Assembly: GCA_052327205.1 (NCBI GenBank)
Contig: JBMRGM010000040.1
Span: 47,678,001-47,742,000 of the forward strand
DNA: 64,000 nucleotides
Direction: 5' to 3'
Source: Somniosus microcephalus
Taxonomy: Eukaryota
Positions within the stretch are counted from its first letter, which is position 1. The number at the start of each line of letters is the position of its first letter. The notes under the pieces were generated by a model. It was not told the DNA's origin. It ran no database searches and was given only the letters and a program-made list of their open reading frames with translations. A program made the position numbers and the translations under genes. Positions 23,690 to 36,100 of the stretch are shown here, piece after piece.

Positions 23690-25045
23690 ATTTCAAGATT
23701 ATACTTTATTCATAAAAATTTTCATAATCTACTTCAATATTTGTCAAAATACATTGCAATACAATCCAAAAAACATGTTACATATAGCACAATAGAGAAG
23801 AATGCAGTGCATAGAAACTCAGCACGTAGTGACACTTGGTGTTTGCCGACCGAGGGTGAATGGGATAAAGGATCACTCGGCCCATTTGCCAAAGGTCATG
23901 GCTTAGAGTTTGACACATTTTCCCTTGGCTCCCGACGCCATTTCCAACTCGTCACAGTTACTCAGCAGTCTTCAAACGGACAGTGGAACGGAGCAAAAGA
24001 CGGTGACGTCGTCCACGTACAGGGAGACTGTGACCTGAGTGCATCCACTGCCTGGGATCATCACCCTTCTTATGGCCGCCTCCTTCCTGATGAACTCTGC
24101 AAAAGATTCGATACAACACATGAACAGGACAGAGGAGAGAGGACAGCCTTGCCTGACACCAGATTTAATCAGAAAGCTTTCCGATTCATACCCGTTGATT
24201 AGAACTGTGTTGCTGATTTCTCTGCAGAGCAGTTGTGTCCAATTACAGGTTCCATCCGCAAACCCCATTTTGGAGAGCACGTCCATCATCTACGTGTGCG
24301 AAATTCTGTCAAAGGTCTTCTCCTGTTCCAAGCTGATTAAACAGGTGTCCACCCTCCTGTCACACACATAGGCCATCGTAGCCGTGAGTAGCGCGAGTTT
24401 AGCAGAGATCGTCCTGCCGGGTACGGCGTGGTCTGATCAGGGCGAATCACCTGCTCCCGAGCAGACTTAAAATGATTGGCGATGACCTTGGACATAATTT
24501 TGTAAACCACATTAAGCAGCGAATTGGGTCACTACTTGCTGATCTCTTCCCTTTCACTCTTCTGCTTGTAGATGAGCCTGATAATGCTTTTCCTCATGGA
24601 TTCCAACATGCTGCCAGCAAGAAGCATCCCCTGTACACTTCCAGCAGCTCTAGACTGATCCAGTCCCACAGAGCAGAATACAACTCGACTAGTAAGCCGT
24701 CGCTTCCGGGTGTTTTACTCATCTCAAAGGACAGGATGGCCTTTGTCAGCTCGTCCAGAGTTAGCAGATAATCCAGACTCTCCCGCTTGCTGTCATATAA
24801 ATCCTACGAGATGGACGACAGGAGGGATTGGGAGGCCGTGCAATTGTGGGCTTCACATCGTTCAGCCCAGCATAAAAGGATTTGCTGACACTTAGTGTGT
24901 CAGGTTGGAAGGACGTCATAAAACAGTCTTCATCCTTCAGGCTGCTGATCACACAGGCTATGTACATTTTGGAAAGAGAAACACGAGCACGGTTCATGCT
25001 CCTCCATGGAGCAGATTCTGAGGCAAAGATGGAGGCTTGAAGAGA
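23690..25045 (-). mobile_element. Tx1 (L1-clade) non-LTR retrotransposon, internally deleted
   Basis: KSGVRQGCPLS and LYVDDVTVF in ORF 23972-24289; EQEKTFDRISH upstream; AATAAAG-bearing 3' end at ~23705. Confidence 0.82.
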
Positions 25046-25094
25046 GAGAGAGAGACATGGGAGAAATAAAGAGAGACTACGGGAGAACATGAGG

Positions 25095-26920
25095 ACATAA
25101 GAAAATACGAAGTAGAAGCAGGAGTAAGCCATTCATTTCTTAGAGCCTGCTCTGCTATTCAATGAGATCATGGTTAACCTTCTGCCTCAACTCGATTCAC
25201 CGGCCCTATCACCATATCGCTTGATGCCCTTACTAGTCAGAAATCTACCGACTTCTGTTTTGAATACACCCAATGAATGAGCCACCACAGTCCTCTGGGG
25301 TAGTGAATTCCACAGAATCACAACCGTCTGTGTGAAGAAATGTCTTCTCCTCTCAGTGCTGAATGGCCCTCCATTTACCTTGAGGCTGTGGTCCTTGGTT
25401 CTAGACTCCAAGCCAAGGGAATCATTCTCCCAGCATTCATCCTATCAAGCACTGTAATATTGGTGTTTGCTACAATGAGATCCTCTCTCATTCTTCTCAA
25501 TTCAAGAGAATACAGGCCTAGTTTACTCAATCTCTTCTCATACGACAGTCCCGTCATCCCAGGAATCAATCTCGTGAACCTTCATTTCACTCCCTCTATA
25601 GCAAGCATATATTTCCTTAGGGACGGAGATCTAAATTGTTCACAGTACTCCAGGTATGATCTCAACAAGGCCCTAAATAATTGGAGTAAGACTTCTTTAC
25701 TCCTGTACTCAAATCCTCTTGTAATGAAGGCCAGCATACAATTTGCCTTCCGAATGGTTTGCTGCACCTGAACATTCACTTTCAGTGACTCATGTAAAAG
25801 GACCCCCAGGTCCCTATGAGCATCTGCATTCCACAATCTTTAACCATTTAGGAAAAATACTGCCTTTCTCTTCTTTCTACCGAACTGGATAATTCACATT
25901 TATCCACATTTGATTCCATCTTCAATGTTCTCACCCATTCATTGAGATTTTCGAGATCCCCTTGAAGCCTCTTCACATCCTCTTCCAAACTAACATTGCT
26001 GCCTAGCTTTGTATCCTCAGCAAATTTGGAAATGTTACATTTAGTCCACTCATACAAATTACTGATTTGGATTGTGAATAGCTGGGGCCTAAGCACCGAT
26101 CCTTGCGGTACACCACTAGGCACAGCCTGCCAAACTGAAAAAGACGCTTTGATCTTAGTTTACCAATTCTCAAACCATGCTATTATAAAACCCCAATTTC
26201 ATGTGCCCTAATTCTGTTCACCAGCCTCTTGTGTGGGACCTTTATCGAAGGCCTTGACCTTCCGAAAATCCAGATACACCACATCTACTGGTTCCTCTTT
26301 GTCTATGCCACTAGTTACATCCTCAACGACCTCCAATGGGTTTTTCAAACAGGATTTCCCTTTGCAATTCATGTTGATTCTGCCCAATCATACTTTTAGT
26401 TTCTAATTGCCTAGTTATTTCATCCTTTATAATAGAGTCCAGCATTTTCCCAACTAGTGATGTGAGGCTAACCAATCTGTAGTTCCCCGTTTTCTCTGTC
26501 GCTCCTTTCTTAAATAGCGGGGTTATATTTGCTATCCTCCAATCTGCAGGAACCATTCCATAATCCATAGCGTTCTGGAAGATGAAAACCAATGCGTCCA
26601 CTATTACAATGGCCACCTCTTCAATGTCCTGGGATGTAGGTCATCCGATCCTTGGGATTTATCGACTTTTAGTCCCATTAATTATGCAAGTACATTTTTA
26701 AAAATAATAATAATTTCTTTAAGTTCCTCCTTCCCGTCACATCCTTGGTTTGCTCGTATTCCTGTGATGTATTTTGTGCCTTCTGCAGTGAAGACAGAAA
26801 TATAGTATTTATTTAATTTCTCTGCCATTTCCTCACTCCAAATTATTAACTCTCCCGTCCCTGACTGTAAAGGACCTACATTTACCTTCGCCAGACTTTT
26901 CCTTTTCACATACCTATCGA
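25095..26920 (-). mobile_element. CR1 ORF2 RT portion and tail
   Basis: NYRLVSLTSLVGK, GVPQGSVL, KFAEDTK, RRHFFTQTVV. Confidence 0.9.
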
Positions 26921-26921
26921 A

Positions 26922-27800
26922 GGAGAGAGAGAGATAGACAGAGGGAGAGAGAGAGAGAGACTTGGGAGAGGGAGAGAAATACTGGGGCAGAGAGAGCTAG
27001 ACTGGGGAGAGAGAGAAAGACAGGTAAAGAGCTTCTTAGGAGAGAGAGAAAGGGAGAGAGAGAGAGAGAGACAGGTAAAGAGCGTCTTAGGAGAGAGAGA
27101 GAAAGTGAGAGAGAGAGAGAGAGACAGAAACTGAAGAGAGAGAGAGACTAGAGATAAAGAGACTGGAGAGAGAGAGAGGGGGAGAGTGAGTGAGACTGGG
27201 GATTGAGATAGAGAGACTGGGTAGATAGAGAGAAATTGGGGAGATAGAGAGAGACTGAGGGATGGAGAGAGAAACTGGAGAGAGAGAGGCTGGAGTGAGT
27301 GAGGGAGAACTTGAGGAGAGAGAGCCTGGCGACAGTGACAGACTGGTGGAGCGAGAGAGACTGGGGAGAGTGAGATTGCAACTAGGGGAGAGAGATTGAG
27401 ACTGGTGGAGAGAGATTGGGGGACAGAGCGACTGCGGGTAGAGCGACTGCTGGAGAGAGAAAGACTGCTGGAGAGAGAGACAGACTGGGGAGAGAGATAG
27501 ACTTGGAGAGGGAGAGGGAGAGATGGGAGAGACAGAGAGAGACTGGGGAGAGAAAATGAGTCTGGGGATAGAGAGACTGGGGAGACATGCTGCGGGAGAC
27601 AGAGATTTGTGGAGAGAGACTTGTGGAGTGATAGAGTCCGGGGAGAGAGAGACTGGGGAGAGAGAGCGAGACTGTGGAGAGAGAGATACAGGGGAGAGAT
27701 AGAGTGGAGTGAGAGTGAGACTTGGGGAGAGAGAGAGAGGGACTGCGAGGGAGAGAGAGAGAGTGACTGGGAGAGCGATAGACTTGGGACAGAGAGAGTG
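26922..27800. repeat. GA-rich low-complexity tract
   Basis: (GA)n runs with recurring GACTGGGGAGAG motifs over ~880 bp. Confidence 0.92.
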
Positions 27801-28609
27801 AGGAGCGTCGTTTCACATTATCACCACTTTCTATTTCTAAATTGAAACTATAGGGAAGAATCCATCAAGATATTTCTGCAAATATATATATTTTAAAATA
27901 TGAATAACGTGCTTGAAAAATACATTCCCACAAAATGAGAAGCATTTCCATTTGAAGTTTGTTTCCTGAACCAGATGCTTCCCAAACACTCGCTCCCGAC
28001 CCGACCTGTCAATCAGCGGATTGTGCATCACCATTCACATATCCAATTGGCTGCCCTGTAAGACCAGTCCACACCGATTGGCTGGTGCAGCTGTAAGTCA
28101 CCCGCTGCATCAAGTTCGCCGGTAAAATCCGCTGGCAACTTTCACAGAGCAGCTGTTGGCGTTTGGAACACTGATGGGAGTGAGCGAGCTTGCTGATATT
28201 GCACAGGAATCACCACCGATGCTGCATTTTAATGGAGTTTCTCACCAACCCGCTGTCCGACTGGTTAAAAATAACATGTATTTATTTATTTAAACTTTGT
28301 TTGGGAACGTGTAATATTAAACAATCCTTTCTCCACACTGCAAAAATCAGAATTCCCTTGAAACCCTCCAACGTTTAAATCAGGTGACATTTGTTGCAGT
28401 TTTAAAATCGGCTAGTGGGAGCTGGGTTTGCGTTGGAGGAACAGACTGAGACTCCCTGCCAGCATGGGTTGCCCAAGCGGCTCCTCCCTGGGCATCAATG
28501 TTCGCACTGGCAGCTCTCAGTAGAAACCAGTGTCTTTTCCCTCGCTTCCTTCACTCTGCATTTCTTACAATAGCAAAAAAAAACATTTGCTCAGAACACG
28601 CACTTAAGA

Positions 28610-29075
28610 TCATAAGCCATAAGAAATCGGAGCAGGAGTAGACCATCTGGTCTTTCGAGCCTGCTCCGCCATTCAGTAAGATTATATCCCGTGATTCCCC
28701 TAATATTCAATAATCTATAGACCTCTGCCATTAATATACTCAACGATTGTGCCTCGACAGCGCTCTGGAGTGCAGAATTGCAAAGTCCTAAATGGCTGAC
28801 CCCATATTCCGAGACGGTGACCCTTGCTCCTAGTATCCCCAGCCAGGGGAAAATCCTCCCAGCATCTACCGTAGCAAGCCCTACATGAATGTAATATATT
28901 TCAATGAGATCACCTCGCATTCTTCTAAACTCTAGGGAATAAAGTTCTAGTCTACTCAATCGCTTCTCATAGGACAATCCTCCCATCCAAGGAACCAATC
29001 TGGTAACCCTTCGTTTCACTCCCCCTATGAAAAAATATCGTTCATCAGGTAAGGAGACACAAACTGCAAACTACA
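28610..29075 (-). mobile_element. CR1 3' fragment
   Basis: GLSYEKRLSRLELYSLEFRRMRGDLIE plus tail. Confidence 0.85.
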
Positions 29076-29077
29076 GG

Positions 29078-29400
29078 TATCTCTGCTGGTGTCTTTCTGT
29101 ATCACAGTACTCAGTCTACATTTACCTACCTCCCTCTGCTGGTGTCACATTGTATCACTGTAATCAGTCTCACCTTTATCTATCTCCCTCTGCTGCTGTC
29201 TCTCTGTATCACAGCATTCAATCTCCCCTTTATCTATCTCCCTCTGCTAGATTCTCGCTGTATCACAGCATTCAGTCTCACCTTTATCTATCGCCCTCTG
29301 CTGGTGTCTCTCTGTATCAGAGTACTCAGTCTCACCTTTATCTATCTCCTTCTGCTGATCTCTCTCTGTGTTACTGCTCACTCAGTTACATACCTCTCCC
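29078..29400. repeat. ~54-bp minisatellite x~6
   Basis: Unit TCTGCTGGTGTCTCTCTGTATCACAGCATTCAGTCTCACCTTTATCTATCTCCC; 18-aa periodicity. Confidence 0.85.
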
Positions 29401-29491
29401 TGACTGTCACTGCTCCCTGTACACTGTCCCACCAACACTCCCAGGGTAGTTATAGCACGGGTTAGATACAGAGTAAGGCTCCCTCAGCAGT

Positions 29492-29897
29492 CATAGAATC
29501 ATAGAATCATATAAATTAAGAGCACAGAAGGAGGCCATTCGACCCATCGTATCCGTACTGCGGACAAAGAGCTATCCACTCTAATCCCATTTCCCAGCAC
29601 TTGGTCCGAAGCCTTGTAGGTAATGGCCTTTCAAGTGCACATCCAAGCACTTTTCAAATGTGATCGTGGTCTTTTGCTCTACCACCCTTTTATGCAGTGA
29701 CTTCCAGACCCCCATCAATATGTGGGTGAAAAACATTCTGCTCAAATCCCCTCTAAACTTGCGACCAACTGCATTAAATCTCTGCCCCCTTGATTTTGAC
29801 CCTTCAGCTAAGGGAATAAGGTCCTTCTATCTGATCTCTCTAGACCCCTCATAATTTATTCACTTCAATTTTGTCTCCCCTCAGCTTCCTCTGTTTC
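29492..29897 (-). mobile_element. CR1 3' fragment
   Basis: (CATAGAAT)n tail at 29492 followed by reverse-complement CR1 C-terminal sequence. Confidence 0.8.
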
Positions 29898-30139
29898 CTG
29901 TGGTATGGAGGCACTGGAGAAGGTGGTAGAACGATTGGCAAGGATGATCCTGGAACTGAGAGTATATATTTATTACGAATGGCTGAACAGGCAAATGTCG
30001 CGGAGCCCGCAATGAGGAGATGTCTAAAACGAAATAACAGATGACATCAGACCAACAGCTTGCCCTCACCTAATTTTAATACATTCCCACAGGAAAGGCA
30101 TTTCTTCAATAAAACAGAAACAATCACCCAATCTGCATA

Positions 30140-30600
30140 CCGATCTGGAGGTTATATCCTTTGCCAGCTAAACCCATACAGGCTTGGCTTCTTTGGCAGA
30201 CCACTTCCTCCCTGATGAGGGGAACAGTACCTTTCTGCTAGCTCTCGCCCCCTAAACCAGCATACCCAGAGCCTCATCCGTGAACCACGGGCAGGCACTT
30301 GCCTTGGAGCTGGCCATTCTTCAATAAGATAATTGCTTGGAGGTGGTGCAGAATCGACGAAAAACCAGGGGAATGAGCCAAGGCAGCAAGCAGTCCTTAA
30401 ATTAAGCTGGATAAATGAAATCAGCAGAGGCGACTTTCAGTCTCAAAACACTAATTGGCCCATGGGAAGCCACACCTCTGAAATCAACTGGCCAATCAGG
30501 CCAATATCTCAAATTTCCCTCCTCTCAGTGGAGGCGTGTTTGGAACCCACCCAAACCGAAACCCGCCTCCTACCCACCCCCATTGTGAAAATTGCACCCC
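30140..30600 (-). mobile_element. Second, older Harbinger relic: Myb/SANT-like exon plus terminal repeat
   Basis: From ATG 30317 (minus): MASSKASACPWFTDEALGMLV*GARASRKVLFPSSGRKWSAKEAKPVWV*LAKDITSR, which aligns to the Myb protein starting at 4031. TIR-like GAAAATTGCACCCC ends at 30600 and is followed by ATT. Confidence 0.7.
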
Positions 30601-30719
30601 ATTCATTTAACCAAAAGCTGATTTATTTGACAATTATACAGAATGTTAATCTCCGACCCAGTTACCTTATTTACTAATAACTTGCAGAAACAAACCCCAA
30701 CTGTCAGAGTGAACATGGT

Positions 30720-30925
30720 TCAGTGCTGGCTGTGAGTAGCAGCAGCAATAACAGCAGAATCCAAACCCTGCAGTCTTTTGTTTACGCACTGGTGTCTCAG
30801 CAGGCTGGATGAAGAAATTCACCCCTTCCCACAAACAGAGCAGGTGAACGGCCTCTCCCAATGTGAACCAGCTGGTGTGTCAGCAGGCTGGCTGGCCGAA
30901 TGAATCCTTTCCCACACACGCAGCA
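30720..30925 (-). pseudogene. C2H2 zinc-finger gene 3' remnant (last two fingers and C-terminus)
   Basis: CVCGKGFIRPASLLTHQLVH/[frameshift]ERPFTCSVCGKG*ISSSSLLRHQCVNKRLQGLDSAVIAAATHSQH*; truncated by a CR1. Confidence 0.82.
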
Positions 30926-33164
30926 GTGGGAGGCATTCAAGGAGGAGATCCGGAGAGTTCAGATCAAATATGTGCATTTGAAGAAAAAAGGTGTGTCTAA
31001 CAAATGTTGAGCACCCTGGAAGTCTAGGGACATATAGGGTGGGTTAAACAAAAAAGGGAGTCGTTTGACAGATACCGAGGGCTAAATACTGCAGGATCTT
31101 TCGCGGAGTACAGAAAGTGCAGTGGTGCAATTATAAAAAGATATTAGGAAAGCAAAGGGAGAACATGAAAAATTATTGGCAAGACGAATCAGGGATAAAC
31201 CAACGATGTTTTATAAGTATATTAAGAGTAAGAGGATAACTAAAGAAAGTATAGGGCCTATTCGAGATCAAAGTGTTATCAATGCGTGGAGGCAGGAGAT
31301 GTCAGTAGGTTTCTTAATGATTACATTATGTCCGTTTTCACAATGGGGAGGGGCGATGCAGACATTGCTATCAGGAAGGAGGAGTGTGAAATGTTAGATA
31401 AAATAAACATACTGAGAGAGGAGATATTAAGGGGTTTAGCAGCTTTAAAAGTGTACAAATCCTCAGGCCCGGATGAAATGCATTCCAGGCTGTTAAACGA
31501 AGCAAAAGCGGAAATTTCTGAGTCCCTGACCATCATTTTCGAATAGACCGAGTAATTACAGGTCACTCACCTAACCTCGGTGGTGGGAAAATTATTGGAA
31601 AGAATTCTGAAGGGCAGGAAACATCTTCATTTAGAATGCCACCGATTAATCAAGAATACTCTACACGGAGTTATTAAGGGATGGTCGAATCTGACAAACG
31701 TGATTGAATTTTTTGAGGTGGTATCAAGGAGGGTAGATGAGGGTAGTGTGTTTGATATAGTGTATAAGGCTTTTGATAAGGTTCCACATGGCAGACTGGT
31801 CACAAAGTTAAAAGCTCATAGGATCCAGGGCAAAATGTCAATTTGGATTAATAACTGAGTCGGAGGCACGAGGTAGGGTTTAATGGTTGATGGGTGTTTT
31901 TGTGACTGGAAGGCTGTTTCCGCTGGGGTTCTGCAGGGCTCAGCACTCGGTCCCTTGCTTTTTGTGGTATATATCAATGATCTAGACTTGATTATAAGGG
32001 TTATGGTTAAGAAGTTTGCTGATGATACTAAAATCGGCTTTGCGCTTGAAACTGAAGAAGGAAGTTGTAGAGTGCAGGATGATATCAATAAACTGCTCAG
32101 ACGGGCACAGCAGTGGCAATTGGAATTCAATCCTGAGATGTGTGAGGTAATGTAGTTGGGGAGGGCTAACAAGGAAAGGGAATACACTTTAAATGTTAGG
32201 ACACTGAGTAGTGCAGAGGAACAATGGGACCTTGGAGTACATTTCCACAGATTCCTGAAGGTAGCAGGCCAGGTAGATAAGGTGGTTGAGAAGGAACACA
32301 GAATGCTGGCCTTTATTAGCCGTGGCATGGAATAAAATAGCAGGGAGGGTTATCCTGTTCCTGGGACTAGGGACAGGGTCACTGGCAGGGCTTATGGAAG
32401 CTAAGCAGAGCCAGGCCTAGTTAGTACCTGAAGGAATGACCGTCAGGGCTAAGACCAGATGCAGAAGGTCACCAAAAGAGCACCGAGAAGGGGCGGTGGT
32501 GAGATGGTCACGGAAGAAGCCCCGGGAGGGGCGGCTGGTGAGCAGGCCCGGGCGTTGGGCTGAAGATTGTCGGACAGGAGGAATGGTGGAAATGGAATGG
32601 CAGTGCGCACAGACGCAGCGGCTTTGCTTCTCCCAGGACGGTACTATTAATATTAATGTTAATGTTATTTGCACTGGACTCATGGGAGCTTGCAAGATCA
32701 CATTTCGTTGTTCATGTACTTGTGCATTGTACAATGACAATAAAGATTAATTATTATAAAACATTAGTTAGGCCTCAGCTAGAGTACAGCGTGCAGTTCT
32801 GGTCACCACATTACAGGACAGATGTGATTGCACTAGAGAGGGCATGGAAGAGATTTACAAGGATGTTGCCGTGAATAGAGAACCTTAGCTATGATGAAAC
32901 ACTGGATTGGCTGGGTTTATTTTCCGTTAAACAGAGGAGGTTGAGTGGAGACCTTATTGAGTTGTATAAACTCATTAGGGGCCGAGATAAAGTGGATGGA
33001 AAGGACTTATATCCCTCAGCATAGCGGTCAAAAACCTGGGGGCACTGATTTAAAGGAATTGGTGGAAGGGTCAGAGAGATTTTGAGAGGTAATGTCTTCA
33101 CCCAGACGGTTGTGGGGGTCTGGAACTCACTGCCTGATAGGGTGGTAGAGGCAGGAATTTTAAC
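30923..33164 (+). mobile_element. CR1 ORF2 portion, degenerate, cut off by the Gypsy LTR
   Basis: KAFDKVPHGRL, GVLQGSALGPLLF, KFADDTK, YKTLVRPQLEYSVQFWSP. Confidence 0.9.
32355..32752 (+). mobile_element. ~400-bp insertion in the CR1 ending in a Rex1/Babar-like tail
   Basis: It interrupts CR1 coding sequence. Its end ATTTCGTTG...CAATGACAATAAAG matches the reverse complement of the Rex1 tail at 53690-53735. The GC-rich 5' part is unidentified. Confidence 0.5.
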
Positions 33165-36100
33165 TATTATGTCCGTGTATAATTGTGACATGGAATGCAG
33201 GAGTTGATTATAATAAGTCTTTACTGAATGGAGACAACCTGGAAACTGAAACTACAGAAGCCTGCTAGGGCCTTTTATACAGGGGTGGTCACTGCCGGTA
33301 CTGCAGTCTGAGACCAGTTATTCCCTTAAAGGTACATACACAACAATTCCTCCCCTTTTAGATAAACAGTACATAACATTCATTTAACAACTAAATAATA
33401 ACTAATTATAATTACAATTACGGTTGCTAGATACATTGGTTGAAGTAAAGCAATTATAAGTTCAGTCTTTGAGGAGGCTTCCTGATTCTGTAAGGATAAC
33501 GCCTCTTTGGGCTATCAGGTTCTTCTGGCAAGGTTGAGTCGGGATCAATGTCGTAGCTTGGTTCGTCTGCTTTCAATATCACCGATTCTGCGGTAGATGC
33601 AATTGGTACTTCGGTTTCATCGCCAGGTGTATCAGATCGTGGTGTTGAGTTGACGTTTTCCAGTGACCCTAGAATCTGGTCAGCATCGCGTCTTACAATG
33701 CTCTCTCCAATGTCCACGGTATACATTAGAGGTCCTTGCCGTGTACAGCTCGTTCCTGGCTGCCATTTCTCTGTGCGGTAGTCCCGGGCCAAAAATGGTT
33801 GACCTATCTTAAAACTCCTGGTCGGCCTTTCATTCATATTCTGAAACTGCCTGTTCTCCACATCTCTTCTGACGTTTGGCTTAACCAAATCCAAGCGGCA
33901 TCGTAGTCTTCGATTGAATAACTTCATGGCTGGAGTTTGGTTGGTAACCGCATGTGTCGCATTCCGGTAGGCAAACAAGAAGTTATCCATCTTGTGTTGT
34001 AGGGGTATATCTACATTACACATTGCCTTGATAGCCTTCTTGAATATTTGAACAAACCTCTCGGCCAATCCATTAGTGGCTGGATGATATGGGGCGGATG
34101 TGTAATGCTTAACAGCATTGTTCTTTAAGAACCTCTGGAACTCTTCAGACACAAATTTTGGTCCATTGTCAGGGCAAATCTGTTCAGGCAGCCCATTCCT
34201 GGCGAATATGGTTCGTAAGACTGTGATAGTTTTTTCTGTGGTGGATGAGGACATTTTTATTAGCTCTGGCCACTTTGAATGTGCACCCACCGCAATTAAA
34301 AACATCGAGTCCATAAAGGGACCAGCAAAATCAATGTGCACCCTTTGCCATGGAGATGAGGGCCACTCCCATGTATGTAGAGGTGCTTGTGGTGGGGCGT
34401 TTTGGACCTTCTGGCATCCTGTACAACTTTTGGTCATCTCTTCGATTTCTCTATCGATTCCCGGCCACCACACAAACGCTCTGACTAAGTTTTTCATTTT
34501 TAACCCTCCCAGATGACCCTCATGAAGCTCATTGAGCACTCTATCCTTCAATTTGGGTGGAATTACTACTCTGGATCCACACATCAAGGTTCCTCTGCAC
34601 GCTGACAGCTATTCTCTTCTCGGTGAGAATGCTGGCAGCAGTGGTTCGCCATGTGCTGGCCATCCCTTCACCGTTAAATCATAGACCCAGGAGGGTGTCG
34701 GTTCATTTCGTGTTTCCTTTTCTATTTTTGCATTCGTCACAGGGACACATTCGACTATAGTCGAGTCGAATAGCTCGACTGGATCCACTGCCAGTTCTTC
34801 TTCCACCGTCGGCAACGGTAGGCGTGACAATCCATCAGCATTCCCATGCTGTTTAGTTCCTTTGTACACGATGTCATATTGCTGTGCCCATAGGAAAAGG
34901 GACCACCTCTGTAGCCGTTGTGCCGTCATTATCGGTACGCCCTTCTGAGCGTTGAAAATGGAGACGAGAGGTTGATGATCAGTTAGTAGAGTAAATTTCT
35001 GACCGTGCAGGTAGTGACTGAACTTCTTCACCCCCCACACCAGGCTGAGGGCCTCTCTGTCAATCTGGGCGTAGTTACGCTCAGCTGATGTTAACGAACG
35101 TGACGCAAAAGCTATCGGCCTCTCTGAACCATCAAGGAATGTATGTGACAGTACCGCCCCAATGCCGTAGGGAGATGCATCAAACACCAGCCTTATCGGT
35201 AGTGATGGGTTGTAGTGAGCCAATACTTCTCTTGAAGTGATTAGGTCCTTACTCTTCTGAAAGGCCCGCTTACATTCGTCGCTCCATTTCCATGCTACTC
35301 CCGTTCGTAGTAGGGCGTTCAGTGGATTCAGAATTGTGGACAAATTCGGCAAAAACTTATGGTAGTAATCCACCAATCCGAGGAATTACCTCAGTTGCGA
35401 TACATTTTCAGGCGCTGCAGCCTTAACTACCGCTTCAATTTTGTCAGGGGACTTATGCAACCCCGCTTCATCAATCACGTGGCCACAATACGATATCTGT
35501 TTCTCAATAAACTCGCACTTGGGGCGATTGGCTCGAAGCCCATGTTCACGTAGTCTAGTGAGTACCTGCTCGCGGTTGACAAGGTGTTCACTCTCATCTT
35601 CACCTGTCACTAGGATGTCGTCTAAGTAACACTGAGTCCCCGGAATCCCTTGCAGGACTTGTTCCATCGCTCTTTGCCATATCGCTGGAGCTGATGCTAC
35701 TCCGAATACCAGTCGATTATACTGGTAAAGATCTTTGTGAGTGTTTATTGTGAGATACTTCCTAGAGGTTTCTTCAGCATCCATCCGCAAATATGCTTGT
35801 GCTAGGTCAGTTTTTGTAAAAAGCTTCCCTCCAGATAGTGAGGCAAAGATATATTCTATCCTTGGAAGAGGATATTGTACTGTGTGAAGGACTGGGTTCA
35901 CCATCACCTTGAAGTCCCCACAGATGCGAACCTTCCTTAGCTCCTCAGGCTTATTGTTTAATGTTTTCTTCATGACAGGAACGATGGGTGTCGCCCACTC
36001 GTTCCAGTCTACCTTAGATAACGTGCCTGCATTCTCCAGATTCTCCAGCTCTGCCTCGACGGCTGGGCGAATTGCATATGGTACCGGTCTTGCTTTGAAA

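Noticed and set aside
27148-27845. Ser/Leu-rich and Glu/Arg-rich ORFs
   Set aside because: Translations of the GA microsatellite tract.
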